DNA of 58,709 nt, the filler included, from Jimgerdemannia flammicorona (Eukaryota): assembly GCA_003990765.1 (NCBI GenBank). It is 3 parts of 3 records of this genome, joined end to end, with 100 filler letters (N's around TTAATTAATTAA, not from the genome) between each part and the next. Parts side by side here need not be neighbours in the genome. Positions count along the whole stretch, not along the records: positions 19,607 to 39,108 come from RBNJ01001925.1; 2 more parts are not named here. One strand, written 5' to 3'. Within the stretch, counting starts at the first letter, position 1. Every line of letters starts with the position of its first letter. The notes under the pieces are model-generated. The model did not search any database and had not been told where the DNA came from. It was given only the letters and a program-made list of their open reading frames with translations. A program made the position numbers and the translations under genes. Shown here one piece after another: positions 23,044 to 37,865 of this stretch.

Positions 23044-24585
23044 TATTATATAGCAGGTGCTAAGTTCTCCAGGTATATTAGATTCTCTTCAAGATATATT
23101 TCTTAGACTAACTATAAGTTTCTTATAAGCAAGTTCTATTGAAGTATCTTTCCAAGATCTTATAGTTCTCAAACTTCTAATCTTTAAACTATTCTGTTAT
23201 CTCTGGGATTTGCTAATATAGAATTAAGTAGAGAACTAGAACTTTTGTGCTCTTAAGTAGTTGAGTACTTGAATGTTTAAGTATTTTTAATACTGACTTT
23301 ATTTCAAAAAAAATAAGAGGGGTATTTATATAGAATATAATTTCAATATTGCTAAGATATAAAGCTAAATATAAAATCCAATGATTAAATAAGATATTTG
23401 AATATAGAAAACTTCGGATTATAAGTATAAATTCAAGTATCTATATAATTTATTGTACAAGATCAGAATGCTGGAATAATTTCTGATAGTTACATATATA
23501 AACAAATTAGAATAGAATATTCAGAATTCTGGAGACTTTGTCTTCATCACTATCATTAAGACTAGAGGTTAGAGACAGAATGTCTTCAAAGGAAATAAGA
23601 TCAGCAAATATTTTTATTTTATTTGTTTCATATATATCAATTAGTAAGATAATATCATTACTAGTGATATTATCATATTTGATAGTAGTGAGAAAGAAAT
23701 TAGGAACTCTCCAATCTATAATATTTTTCTCTACAAAGTAGAAGACAAAGATAGAATCTTAAGAGGATCTGATCTGAATACTAGGGCCTTAGAATACTGA
23801 GATTAATTCTTATAAGAATTGATCTAGATTATTCTTGAGGATAGAATTCTAGAACTTTTCTATCTTATTACTTTTGAGAGTAATACATAGTAGATTGGGC
23901 TTCTGTGGTTATTATAACTTCTAGTACATCTATGCAGTAGGCTGATAATTCCTTAAAGTCTGAGACTTTGGTATACTCTAAGTTGGAAATTGACTAAGAT
24001 ACATACCTGAAGATCTGATAGATCTTTTTGGCTACTCTCAATTTATATACATCTATAGAGGTGGTATCTTATATCTCTTAGGAACTGACCTGAGAGAATT
24101 TCTAGCAGAGGAGGTTTATTATTTTATATTTCTATTATATCCAGAGACATTCAATAGTGGTAGTGATCCTTATCTCTATTTCACAATAGTAGAGAATAAA
24201 GTGATAAGGGTTACTAATACCTAAGTTAAGGCTAGGGATTCTTCTGGTACAGATCCTTATAGCTCTTCTGATGTCTTAGAACATTCTTTTTTAGACTAAG
24301 AAGCCTTGGTGATTTCTGAAACTTGTAGTTTGACAAGTGATAGATATTTTATTTATAGTAAGTCTTTCAAACTATTTCAGATTTTTGTAAGTCTTATTAG
24401 AGTTACTGCTACTATATTCCTTAAGATATCTATCTTGTGGTTATCATGACTCATAGTTGGTCATTATTACTCATCTTATAGCCTAGGTGAGTTATGCTAT
24501 ATGATCTTCTTGTACTCTGATCTGGTGACTTATAAGGAAAGACTATCTCCTGTAATAATATCACCATTCTGAGATCACTGTTATA
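23044..24585 (-). mobile_element. Solo LTR of Gypsy family B (~1.54 kb)
   Basis: Reverse complement of the LTR at 29118-30620; perfect 4-bp TSD GTAG (23040-23043, 24586-24589). Confidence 0.9.
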
Positions 24586-24779
24586 GTAGTTATATATCAT
24601 TTTTGCTAGATTTGGGAAATCTCTATTATAGTCCTAATATTTTTAATCAATTATATAAATTAATTAAAAAAACTCAAATAATATTTCAAATTAACTTAAT
24701 TTAAATATAAATTTCTAACTCACTTATTACTAAGATAATATATCAACTCTTGCTTAAAATTTAACAGTTTTACTTTTCA

Positions 24780-27626
24780 AATAAGTATTTAGCTAGAATG
24801 TATTGAAGAAAAGCAAATAGATTTCAAGGAGAGTTATAGTGATAGAGAGTAAGATGGGCTTCTTAGCAGTTAGTAAGATTATAAATAGATTGGACTAGCT
24901 TATTGGGTCAGGTGGCTGTTGAGGATTGGAAGTTAAAATAGACTCAGATAAAGGTAGAGAAGTTGAAGTAAGTATTGAGAGTAGAAGAAGAGGCTCAAGT
25001 TTAGAGTTTGATAGCTTGATTATAATAGCAGAGATTTGAGAAAGGTGAGAGGCCTTTTAGATTATCTAGACTTCTCTAGGCAAAAATAGTGAGACAGAAG
25101 TAAGAAGGAGTATTAGATAAGGAGGATATCTTAGTAGTAGAGATATAGCTGATCTTGAGTTCTCTGAGGAATCAGTAGAGAGGTCTGTAGAGTAAGAAGG
25201 AGGAGAGTGCAGATGAGGAGACTATTGAGTATATTCTGAAGAATTGGCACTCTCTATAGATTGAGAATCTTGAGAATCTGATTCTGTTAGTCTAAGAGAA
25301 TGAAATTCTGAGTATTCTATTAGCTATGAAACTAGGTATAGCTTTTGGTAAGAATGGTCTACTCTGAGATTTTTAAAAGAGAATAGTGGAAGTTCCAAGA
25401 GTACTGAGAGAGATGAAGACTCTTTATAATTTTATACTTATATCTGAGGAGTGGATTGAAGGGCAAGACCTTGATCTGGTTATACTATTCTATAAGAACA
25501 AGGACAGATAAGAGAATTAGAAGAATTGGAGACCAATTATGCTTCTGAATATAGATAGGAAGCTAGTCTCTAAAGTAATTATTGTAAGACTGCAAAGGAT
25601 GGCCCAACAGATATTAGAGATAGAGCAATGAAGTTTTATTAGTAAATAGTTGATTAGAGATGAGATAGCATAGATGTATAATATGATTGAGAAGATGAGT
25701 TAGTAAACTGGATAAAAGATTAATAGAAGAAGGTCTGTAACTAGGTTTGATATATTTGACTGAAAAAGGTACTAAAGAGGATTGGTATACCTTATTGATT
25801 CTAGATATTGATAATAAATCTGCTAGAGGCAAGCAGGATTATAATTTTATATAATAGATATTATAGTATTATATTCTTACTAGAGAGAGAGATTTTCTAG
25901 AGAGATCCATTGTTCTCTATTCTTTATATTTTGTTATTAGAGCTATTCATAGATAGAATTTGCTATATAGTAATAGAGCTTTTAGTTCTTGGGGTAGTCT
26001 GAAAGATTGGAGCCTTTGCAGATAACATAGTAGTTAAACTTGACTATTGCTGATATAGATATACTGTGGGAGACTATGGATTAGTATGAGGAGTACTCTG
26101 GAGTAAAGCTCAATTATTATATATAAGTATAAAATAATAGTACTGAGAAATGATTTAGTCAGAGGGGATATTATTGAAATAATTGTCTCTGTAGAGGAGA
26201 CTATAAGATATCTGGACATTTTTCTATTAGTATAGTTCAGTCTTACCCAAAGTATAATGAGAGTGAAAGATGGGAGAATAGAGAGATATCTTTCAGAGTT
26301 GAGGGAGATACTACATTTCTCTTATCAGATAGATATTAATTCTAAATATCTATTAAATGTCAAAGCTCTGATATCTAACATATTATCTGGATTTTTCTAT
26401 ATAGATAGTGAAGAGATTGCTGAAGGTAGCAAAAGACTGAGTCTGGGCAGAGAAGAGAAGTTATATTAGCTGAAAGATCTTAGTGACTTTAGTTAATAGA
26501 AAAGGTATTGGTCTGATAGACTTTCTGAAGAAGTTGCACTATATTTAGATTTAGTGATTGAAGAGAACTGTCAAGCTATATAGAGATGAATAGGTGTCTT
26601 TAATACAGAGGATCTGGGAGATATAGTTCTCTTCTTGAAGATCCTCTGACAATTTTCTATCTATAATTGATCTGGAGAATAATAGGTATATATAGTTTAA
26701 AAGATTCTGATAGAGAGTAGTAGATAGTACTCATTATATTAGTCTACACTAGAGGAGTATTAAAGAGAAATACACTGAGGTCTAGTAATATAGAGGTGAG
26801 ATAAACTGCTACTAGATAACTCTTCTCTAATGAATTTTAATATTAGTGCAGAATTAGAGTACTAATGGGGAATGAGACAGAATCTATAACTGGTTAGCTG
26901 ATAGTTAGTTAGTATTAGTGAGGAGTAAGACTGGGCTAATATCTGGTCATAAAGTACTGGGGTATAGTAGTGCTTCTTTTGAAGTTCTGGATAGTATAGT
27001 AGTATTTGCTGAGGAGAAATATTATATTGAATTTTCTTGGGTTATTTAGTTAATAGCAGAATCTTTATCTATAAGAAGTATTATAATATAGAACAGGAGA
27101 GAGATTTTATATAGATGCTAGAATATTGGCTGAGTAAGTATGAGTTCTTAGAGACATCTGAGTAGCAGTTAGTAAGTATTTAAAGTAATAAGATAGGAGG
27201 GTGGAGAAGATGAGTATTGGGGAAACTTGGAGTTATAGTTGATAAGATATATTAGTAATAAGTAGCTAACTATAAGATAGACTTTGGTGGTATAAGTGGG
27301 GTTGGCTGAACATTAGCTATATGTTTTTGAGGAGAGAAAGTAGATGAGATTAGTGAAGAAGATAGTATAGTAGAAGAGGTTGTTAGTAGATATAATATCT
27401 GATTAATAGTAGGAGTAAAGTCTCTAAAGAGATTGCTATTACTATCTAGTAGAGTAGATCTGTAAAAAAAGTAGTAAAAGGGTTATAATTATTAATAATC
27501 AGATAGTATTTTATTGTAAAGAGGTGAGAGAGAAAGAGAGGAGAGAGAGTCTCTCAGAGAGATTAGATAGAGATTAGATTAATATATAATCTCTTTCTCT
27601 GCTATTATATATTAGAAAAAAAAAAA
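24780..27626 (+). mobile_element. Degenerate 5'-truncated L1/Tx1-like LINE (RT and 3' end)
   Basis: NWRPIMLLNIDRKLVSKV (~25523), eroded QGDPLSP (*RDPLFSILY, ~25900), AFADNIV (~26010), and an A-tail at ~27616-27626. Confidence 0.85.
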
Positions 27627-29117
27627 TTCAGTTCATATTTACTAGTTTATGTTTACAGCTATTTAGATTTGTATTATTTAATATAGTTTAGGTTTACTGC
27701 TATTTAGTTCATATTATTATATATTTCTGTATCTTTAAGAAAACAAATCTATTAGTATCTACTAGTTTATATCTGTAGTTATTCAAATTCATATCATGAA
27801 ATTATAGTTTATATATTGTACTTTCTGTCTATATTCTTAGCAATTTAGTTTATAAAATATGCAGAAATTTGAGACTTAGTTCAAGACTGATAAGTATGAC
27901 TACCTAGATAAGAAAAATAATAAACAAATAGTATTTATTATCAAGATAGATCTGCAACTCAACCATTCTGATTTTCTAAATGACATTCTTAATGCTATCA
28001 ATAAAATCTAGATATTTATTACTATATAGGTAAGATGGAAAGAAATATAAATTACAGCTAATGAAAAATTATTTTGTATAAGCAAAACAGAAATAATACC
28101 ATCACTATCTCTAGCCAGTGATGAAGTGTCCTCTAATGATAGAGATGAAACAAAAAGTTGCTATTAGTACCAAATAAAATACCAAGTATCAAAAGTAATA
28201 GCAACTTCTAAAGAAAGTCAAACAGACTAACAAAGTTAATAAAATATTTCAACAAATTAGTTCTACCTTTAGACAAGATGTAGTTTCTAGACAAAACTTA
28301 GAGCTAATAAACTTAATTAGAATATACTCTAAATTATATGAATATATCACCAATACTACCTCCAAGGATGCTATTATGGAAAATCATCTATTTGGTAAAA
28401 AATTATAATATAATGAATAAATTCAGTATAATAAGACTAAGAAAGGATGAGAAATAGTGATCACCCATCTGGTCAAAAAAGTACTACCTTATCTTACTAA
28501 AAGAGAAGAAGATTAAAAGCAAAACAATATAGTCAAAGAAGTATATAAGATTTATAATATAACTTCTCACTTAATACCAAACAGGATCTACCATCTATAT
28601 AAGAAGTAAGTAAATGAGATTTAATTCAAATATAAAAAAAAATGAGATATATATATTTACTATATAAAATATATCTGTAATAAATCTGCAAACTATATTA
28701 TAAATACTACTATACTATAAATACTATAAACTATAAATACTATAAATATTATATACAAAAATCTCAATTTATATCAATAAATATTTGAGTTTAATAATCT
28801 ATAGACTCTTATATTATATATAATTCATTATTGAATACATACTCCTAACTCTACTATATACTTCTTAAATGAAAACTAGTCACAATTACAAATAATGCCA
28901 AGTTTATATAACTGTATTTTGGTCTATATACTTAGCTATTTAGTCTAACTATGTATTTATAAATAAAATATATATTTAAAAAAGTTTCTCTTATAATAAG
29001 TAATCTGTATACTTATTTACTAAATATGAATAAAAAGAATATATATTCAATTTACCTACTAAGTTCTTTCTTACTGAATTATATTTCTCAAATAAGAGTT
29101 ATATGTATACTATATAT

Positions 29118-32100
29118 TGTAATGGTAACTTCAGAATGATGACATCAGTATAAAAGACAGTCTTTCCTTATAAGTTACTAGATTAGAGCACAAGAAGATC
29201 ATATAGTATAACTTACCCAGGCTATAAAATGAGTAATGATGACCAACTATAGGTCATTGGAACCATAAGACAGACATCTTGAGGAATATAAAAGAAGGAT
29301 CAAGGAACTGCAGTAGTAGTAACTCAATAAGACCTACTAATTCCAAAATAGCTCAAAGACTTACCACAAACAAAATACCTGCTACTTACCAAACCTTAAG
29401 GTCAAGGAACCATCAAGACCTCTTAGTCGAGGAAAGAATATTCTAAGATATCTAAAGAGCTATAAGGACCCACACCACAAGGACTCCTAGTATCAACCTA
29501 GATACTGGTGACTCTTATCATTATATTCTCTACTACTGCAAGATAGAAACAAAAATCACCATTGCTACTGAATACCTCTAGATGTGACAAGAATATGAAA
29601 TTGAAAACCTCCTCTACCAGGAATTCTCTCAAGCCAGCCCTCAAAAGCTACAAGATACCACTTTTATAGATATATATGAAATAAGAATAGCTAAGAAGAT
29701 TTATCAGATCTTTAGGCATGTACCATAATTGATCCCCAACTTAGAGTATACTAGAATCTCAGACTTCAGAGATCTGTCAGCCTGCTATATCAATGTACTA
29801 GAAGCTATGGTCCCAGTCCACTATCACCCTCAATAGTGATAAGATAGAAGAGTTCTGATATCTTATCCTCCAGGATAACTCAGATCAATTCCTGCAAGGA
29901 TTGATCTCAGTATTCTAAGGCCCAAGTATTCAGGTTAGACCTCCTCAAAATCCCACATTTGTTCCTTATTTTGTAGAAGAGAACTTTATAGACTAGAGAG
30001 CCCCTGATCTCCTTGCTCTCCCTACTACTGAATATGATGACATCATTGGCAATGACATCATCCTATGTAACATATATGAAACATATGATGAAGCATGTAA
30101 AATGGATGAAACATTTGCAGATCTCATCTACTTTGAGGACAGTGATGAGGATGAAGCCCCCATAGTCCTAAACTTTCTACTCTGAGTTCTTAGTGACTCT
30201 GAATTCTTCCAACATCCTTTTTTTATACTACTGAAATTTTACCAGCACTCTGAACTTATGTAACCATCTGTATCAATACTGGAATCTATACTGATAACTG
30301 TAGTTTTCTATGTTCCAGTATTTTATTTAGTTATTGGAATTTATATTTAGCTTTATATCTTAGTAACTATTGAATTATATTTTGTATAAATACTCCTCTT
30401 ATTTCCTTTGAAATAAAGTCAGTTCCAGTTCACTTACTCCCAATATGCAAGCAATCTAAAAGATAATAAGACAGTTTAAAGATAAGAAGTTTGAGGACTA
30501 TAAGATCTTGAGAAAGTACTCTAATAAGAACTTGCTTATAATAAACTTGAGGTTAGTCTAAGAGATATATCTTGGAGAGAATCTGATATATTTAAAGAAC
30601 TCAACAACTACTATGTGACAACTTAATACCTATTGGCTAGTGATTTAAGACAAATCTCTCACTTTTAAGCTGAAAAATGAACAACTTCCACAATAACTAT
30701 CCTGACTATAAGAGTCACCCCTGCAAGAATTCAAGATAAGATAGAAATGCATCCCCCCACATTCTATAGATATATGTATTACTGAAGAGTCAATCCTGAT
30801 CTTTATTGAAGACTTTGAATAATTTACTACTGTATAAGCCCTTGGTATGGATATACAATTAGTTCTTCTACCTATCAGTCTCAGAGAATCTGTCAGAGAC
30901 AAGTTCAATGCAGCCACCATTGCTAATGCTGGTATAGCCAAACTTGCCAATATGAAGACCTTCCTCAGAACCACATACTATACCAAAGAGATTAAGCAAG
31001 CTCTCAAGGATTAACTCAATACTATCTGCCAAAGACTCAGTGAAGATCCCAACTCATTCTATACCTGAATCTGCCACTAGATTGTTTTGGCTAGCTATAA
31101 TAAATACCTTAAGGAACAAATGGTGGATTTAATCTTTCTTAAAGAGCTTCATCCTGAAATTGCCCTAGAAATCTGGTCTACCTCAGCTGCTCTGACACTT
31201 GATCAGAAAGTGGTCTTTGCATAGAGATATTGAACTGCCAGACACTCTGCCAAATACTCAATAGAGAAAATAACTAACATCAAGATAGAGCCATCAAAGC
31301 CAACTAGTATCATACCCACTATAGTTGTAAATAGACAATCATCCCCACCTATTCCCAAGATAGCCAAGACTGACCCAGTGGAGGAACTCATCAAGTAGTT
31401 TGCCAAGATGACTACATACCTTGGTAATATTGTTAGAGAAGTCTGAAGTACCAACAGGAGACCAGTACAGAGATTTGCAGCTACTATAGAAGAATACAAT
31501 ATCATATACTTCAGATATAGAGAAGAAGACCACTATGTAAAGAGTTATATAACCAAAATAAGATGCAAAGCTCAATCAAGCAATACTACTAGAACTAGAG
31601 AACAAAACAATGCAGTAGTCATCAAGGAGATTAGTGATACTGATGATGAAGAATACTATGAGAAGTCCAAATTCTACCCTATTGCTGAAGGTGCCAGAAC
31701 CCAGTCCAAGCCCTATGACAAGAAGAGTAACAGCAAGCCAGTTAGAAAACCAAAGAAGACTCCAGCTATTACTGTTCAAAGTAAGATCCAATCTGAGGAG
31801 ATTGATCAAGACATGGAGTTAGATGAAACTGCCTGCCAAATTATTGAAGATACTACTCCAGTCTCAGGAGAAAGTGAAAGCAAGAAAGAACAGAAGCTAC
31901 ATAAGACCAATATCTATCAGTATAATATCTATAAGGATCTCAAGGAACAGAAGGTCAATACTACTTTTGGAAAACTAGCTGAAGTCTCTGCCTTTAGATA
32001 GTAGTTGAGAGTAGGACTTACAACTACTGTCAAGAACTAAGAGTACAAGATCATAGAAGCTCATAATGCACAAGAAGATAATCAAGAAGATTCAGATGAA

Positions 32101-35100
32101 GAATCTGAAGATTAGTATGTATAAGACATTAGTCTATACTCCATATCATATTGAAGATTATATCTTTGATGCCATCATTGATACTAGTACTGGAGAATAT
32201 CTCATAAGTAAGAGGACAATTGACTGCCTAGACTGGGACATTGAAGAGTCTATCAAGATGGTCTATATTACAGTAGATGGTATATGAGCTATCTCCCTTA
32301 GTAAGATCTGAGAAGTTCCTATCAAGATTGGAGGAGCTACCATATTAGTAGACATAATTGTTATAAGCATCACCAACTATAACATTCTTATTAGCAACTA
32401 ATAGCTTCACAAGGCCAAGGCTATCATTGATCTCAATGTCCAGAAGATGCAGATCAATTATAGAGGAAGAAAGGTATGAGTCTTTATTAATATCTATAAA
32501 GGAGTTCTATCAGATATAGAGAAAGGAGATGAAGAGAACATAGAAGTCTTCATACACTCAGTAATCAAGAACAAGAACAAGATACTCAAGCTTACAGATG
32601 AGTAGTGGTATAACAAGATCATTAATAGCTATACTTCTCAAGAAAGATATCCCCATAGTACTAGAATATACTACTCTAAACACCTGAATGACTACTGATC
32701 CTATATCAGTGAAGTCAGGAAAATCCACCAACAAAAGCATAAGTAAGAAGCTGCTGAAGCAAAAAGAGAAACTAAAGAAGATGACCAGCCCCCAGAGCTT
32801 CAAGCTAACAGTAATGATGAGGAGGAACAAGAACCAGACATCACTCTCAAAGTTAAGAAGTTTCACTCCAAAGTCAAGATCCCAGAATATAAGACTGAAG
32901 GAGCTATAGAAATAGACCTTGCTAGCATTCAAGATACTACTCTTAAACCACAGACCACTACTCTACTTGGTATTGGAATTGGAGTCAAGTTATCAGAAAA
33001 CTATACTGGAATTATCAAGACTAGGAGCAGTCTGGCCAAAAGCAAAATCTCAGTTAAAGGAGGAGTAATAGACCCTAATTACATTGGCAAGATCTTTCTC
33101 ATAGTCAGGAATCACAACTCCACCACTCTATTCAAAGTTAAGAAGTATGACAGAATTGACCAGATGCTGATCCATGAAGTCAAAAAGTCTAAGATCACTA
33201 AAGCCATTAAACTCATCAAGACTAAGAGAGGAGAACAAGACTTTGGATCTACTGGAAGAGGAGCATATACTGCCACTAAGATTACTGAACTCAGCACAAG
33301 AAAGATAAGAACCAGAATAAGTACATATATACCATCAGAGAAAACTTTTCCCTAGAGAAACAACTTCTTAAGATCCTACACCAGAATGAAGAAGTACTTG
33401 CTATAGACTTCAGAGATATCCACAATCAAGAACTCAAGTACTACCAAAAAGTTGACATCAGTGATACCAAGCCCATCTATCAGAAAGCCAGATCTATACC
33501 ACCTGCCTACAGAGAATGGCTGCAAGCAAAACTCAAGGAAATGGAAGAAGCTGGAATTATCAAGCAAGCTATCAGCCCCTGGACTTCACTCATTATTCTT
33601 ACCTTAAAGAAAGAAAGCAAGCCTGGAGAGTTTGCCCTAAGACTCTGTATTGATTATAGGAAGCTCAATATAATCACTAAGAAGGATAGACAGTCTTTGT
33701 CAAATATTCAAGAAATCCTTACCACTCTTGGAAGCAAAGCCAAATACTACACTACCTTGAATCTGTTCTTAGGCTTCCATCAGATTAGTCTCACTCAAGA
33801 TACCAGTGAGAAATCAGTCTTCATTACACCTAATATCACTTATGTCTATCTGTGAATGTTATTTGGAATGTGCAATACCCTAGCAAGTTTTCAGCAAATG
33901 ATGAACAGAGTCTTCAGCAATGAGATTGGAAAATAACTCTTCATCTATGTCAATGATGTGATCATCTTTAGATACTGCATAAGAATATGTCAACCATATA
34001 TAGCTAGCTCTCAAGAAGCTCAAGGAGCATGGCCTCTACATCAAGCCCAAGAAGTATAAGTTTGCAGTCTGAGAAATCACCTACCTAGGACACATCATCA
34101 ACCAGACTGAAATTCACATAGATTCTATAAATATTGAGGCTATTACAGCCTACTCAAGACCCAGGACAACTACAGAAGTCCATATCTTTCTTGGACTGGC
34201 CTCTTATTATAGAAGATTTATCAAATAATACTCTAACATTGCAGCACCTATCTATGAGCTACTGAAGAAGAAGACTAAATTCAAATAGACTAAGAAATGT
34301 CAAGAAACCTTCAATGAACTCAAGACCAGATTGACCCAAGCACCCATTCTCAGAAGACTAGATTGGAATCTAGAGTTTATTCTACAAACAGATGTAAGTA
34401 CTATAGAACTTAGAGCAGTCCTAGCTCAGAAGAAAGATGGACATGAATATGTCATCTCTTATATAAGCCAAGATACCCATGAAATAGAACAGAACTATGA
34501 GTCATATAAGCTTAAATGCTTAGCAGTAGTTTGGGCAGTAGATAAGTTCTACTACTACCTAGCTGGGAAATACTTCACTATTCAAACAGACTATTCTACT
34601 CTTACCTAGCTATTCCACACTCTGAACCCTAAAGGAATATATGCCAGATAGTCTACAGACTATAAGAGTATGACTGTACTATCAAACACTACTCAGAAAA
34701 AACCAATGCTAATGCTGATATACTCTCAAGGATACTCCAAAACACCCTCATTAAGATTATTTAACATGAATAAGGAGTTATACTATGGATTAATCAGCTA
34801 CTTTGAGTAGCAGAAAATGCTCAACCATCTCAAACTCTAGACTATTACTATCATTAACTGAACTTAGAAACAATTTGAACTAGACAATATCATACTCAGA
34901 AAAGAAGGAAAGCTCATAATACCTGAACATAAGAAGTATCAAGTAATTAAGGAAGTATATGAATAAGGATACCTAGGAGGAACCAACACATATAATAAGG
35001 TAAGAAGAACTATATGATGGTCTAAGATAGATGAAGACCTGTACCAATTTATCAAAAGATGTGACAAGTGCTAAAAATAGAAACAAGATCAGTAAGAGCA

Positions 35101-36710
35101 GATATCCAGATCATCAAGAATTTGAGCTTATCCCCTTCTACTATATTATAATAGATATCATTAGACTACTACTAGTAACACTATCAGGAAACTACTATAT
35201 TATAGTTATTATAGATCTCTTTACTAAATGGATAGAAGCAAGAGTATTACAAGAAGTCAATGCTCTCTCTATAGCTAACTTCCTGTATTGAGAAATCATC
35301 TGCTGCTACAAGACACCAAAGCAAATCACTACAGACTATAGTATAGAATTTGTCAATAGATTTCATGAGATAATATATTAGAAATATAATATTCAGTATA
35401 TCAAGACCACTATGTACCACTCTCAAGAAAATGGACAGATAGAGAGAACCAATAAGACCCTTAAGAACATTCTGATGAAGATCTCAGATATATATGAGAA
35501 TTAAGATAACTACCTCCCAACTGCTCTCTCTGTCTTACAAGATATATATATAGTCACAAAGTACACACTTTACCCCAAGAGAACTACTCTTTAGAGAAGA
35601 AGATTCTGATGAAACCTTAGCTACAAATCTAGATCTAACATAGAGATAGATTGACTCAGAAATCCAGAGACTATACCAAATCAGGAAGAAGGCTAAAGAT
35701 TACATCATCAAGTCATAAGTACTGATGAGAAAGAATACAGAAAAGAATCACAAGACCCTAGAACCCATCTAAATCAGAAAAAAGGTTCTACTATATTGAA
35801 ATATAGTAGAAGCCTTATGATTGTAAAAACTGGAGCCCAAATGGGAAGAACTCTTCTATATATATATAAGATATCAAGAGAACTACCTTCTGACTTAGAA
35901 AACTCTCAGAGACCATACTATCTATCACAGTGCACAGGAACAGACTCATGAACCTATATAAGAGAAGTAAAACATGATGACTGCTTATGAGATTCTAGTC
36001 TGTAAATCATAACAGTATGTCTCATGACCAATAGGAAATCTATCTGGACCATTCTCTAAGAGATATGGTACTAGTAACTACTTATTCATGAGACTTTTGA
36101 AGCTAGAGGAGTTTGAACTATCAACTGATTGATCAAGATCAGAATCAGGCCCTTACTCTATATGAAGGGAGTGACTCTTCACCATCATGCCAAAATATAT
36201 AGAGAAGATACCAGCCTATAAATACTACTCTTCAACCTCCTGTCAGAGGTTATGGGATCAGCAAATTTTTCAGGACTAGACTAATGAATAAGGATATTCA
36301 AGAAGATCCTTATTTAGGAGGAAGATGTAATAGTGACCTCAGAATGATGATATCAGCACAGGAGATAGCCTTTCCTTATAAGTTACCAGATTAGAGCATA
36401 AGAAGATTATATGGCATGACTCACTCAGGCTACAAAATGAGCAATAATAACTAACTGTGAGACATTAGGACTACAAGACAGACATCTCAAGGAATATAAA
36501 AGAAGGATTAAGGAACTGCAGTAACAGTAACTCAACAAAACTCACTAATCTCAAAATAGCTCAAGGACTTACTACAAACAAAATATCTGCTGTTTGCTAA
36601 ATCTCAAGATCAAGAAATCACTAAGATCTCTCAGTCTAGGAAAGGATATTCCAAGACATCTGAAGAGCCATAAGGACCTATACTATAAGGACTCCTAGTG
36701 TTAACCTGAG
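29118..36710 (+). mobile_element. Ty3/Gypsy LTR retrotransposon B (gag-PR-dUTPase-RT-RH-INT-extra ORF), degenerate
   Basis: 5' LTR 29118-30620 (TGTAA..GACA); protease FDAIIDTS (~32165); dUTPase ~32850-33256; RT with RLCIDYRKLN and YVND; RNase H LQTDVS; integrase ~35000-35600; PPT TTTAGGAGGAAGA; 3' LTR from 36326, truncated near 36710. Confidence 0.93.
32850..33256 (+). pseudogene. dUTPase domain in Gypsy B pol
   Basis: KTRSSLAK, GGVIDPNYIG, DRIDQMLI and RGEQDFGSTG are eroded dUTPase motifs 2-5. Confidence 0.85.
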
Positions 36711-37299
36711 TTCTGATCTTGATTTCTTGAGCAATAGTACTGCCACCAAATCCATCACACTATCCATCAGGTCTCTGGGTCTCATGCCCCCCCCCCTGTT
36801 CTGAACTGCCAACCACTGTCACATCTGAATTTTTTTCCAGATTCCCAGTCACAGCTCCATCAGCAGTTACATCTCTAACTCCTACTTCCCCTCCTCCCCT
36901 ACTGCTCAACCCTCTCAAGAGAGCCCCTCCCTGTCTCCCAACAGTGGCCATTAAAGACTTCCCTAGGCCCAGCCAACTATCTAGCCCAGATGTCATTCTC
37001 TCTATCTTGACCTTATCTACAAAGGTCATCCTCTCTCTTCCTTATTGCCTCAATCCACCTCTTCCTCCATTACCAGTACTGTGGCCCACCATAGAAGGCT
37101 CTGGCATTCCCAAACCATCACTACTTCTCCTCCCTACATGCTGCCAGTCAAAGGCACTACTGCCCCCCTGGTTGATATACTCACCAGTATGATTATTGCT
37201 ATCTATGTTATTAGTTACCTTCTATTAAAAATATTGTCAAAAGTGTTATCTGAGTCTTGTGTCACCTGAATGTTATCAGTGAAAGATTATATAGTATTA

Positions 37300-37865
37300 G
37301 AGTCTGATCTATACTAGAGTCCAACTGCTTGAAGTTGCTTCTTATAGTAGATTGGTGGGCTGTAAATTCTACATACTTCCTCTAATTTATATCTTATATC
37401 AACTTATATCTTGGAGCTATCTCTTATTGCTGACAGAGAGTTACAAATTTTATATACTCTCTCTACCAACCCCACTGACCCCACTGATCCCCACTATACT
37501 TCTTTTGTTTTGTAGTACTAGTTTTCACTTTTACTAGACTCTACTGACTTCTTGGCCCCACTTTGTAGTACTGCTAGTATAGTACTATAGTATAGGGTCA
37601 GAGTACCTATGAAACCCAAATCTGCACTAGTATTTAATCTATATTAGAGTCTGACTACTTGGAGATACTTCTTACAGTAGATCATTGGGCCACAAATTCT
37701 GTATACTCTCTCTGACCCAAACTTTCTATACCAACTTGTAGCTTGGGGTCACCTCTTACTACTAATAGAGGGCTACAAATTTTGTATACTCTCTCTGCTA
37801 ACTCTGCTGATCCCTGCTGATCCCCCACCAATCCTGCTGACCTCTATACTACTTGAGATAGTAAG
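37300..37865. repeat. Tandem duplication, ~330-bp period
   Basis: ATCTATACTAGAGTC (37307) recurs as ATCTATATTAGAGTC (37637); internal ACAAATTTT.TATACTCTCTCT sub-repeats. Confidence 0.75.

Noticed and set aside
36710..37270. C-rich segment truncating the Gypsy B 3' LTR as a gene
   Set aside because: Only short low-complexity ORFs with no recognisable motif; probably another eroded repeat.
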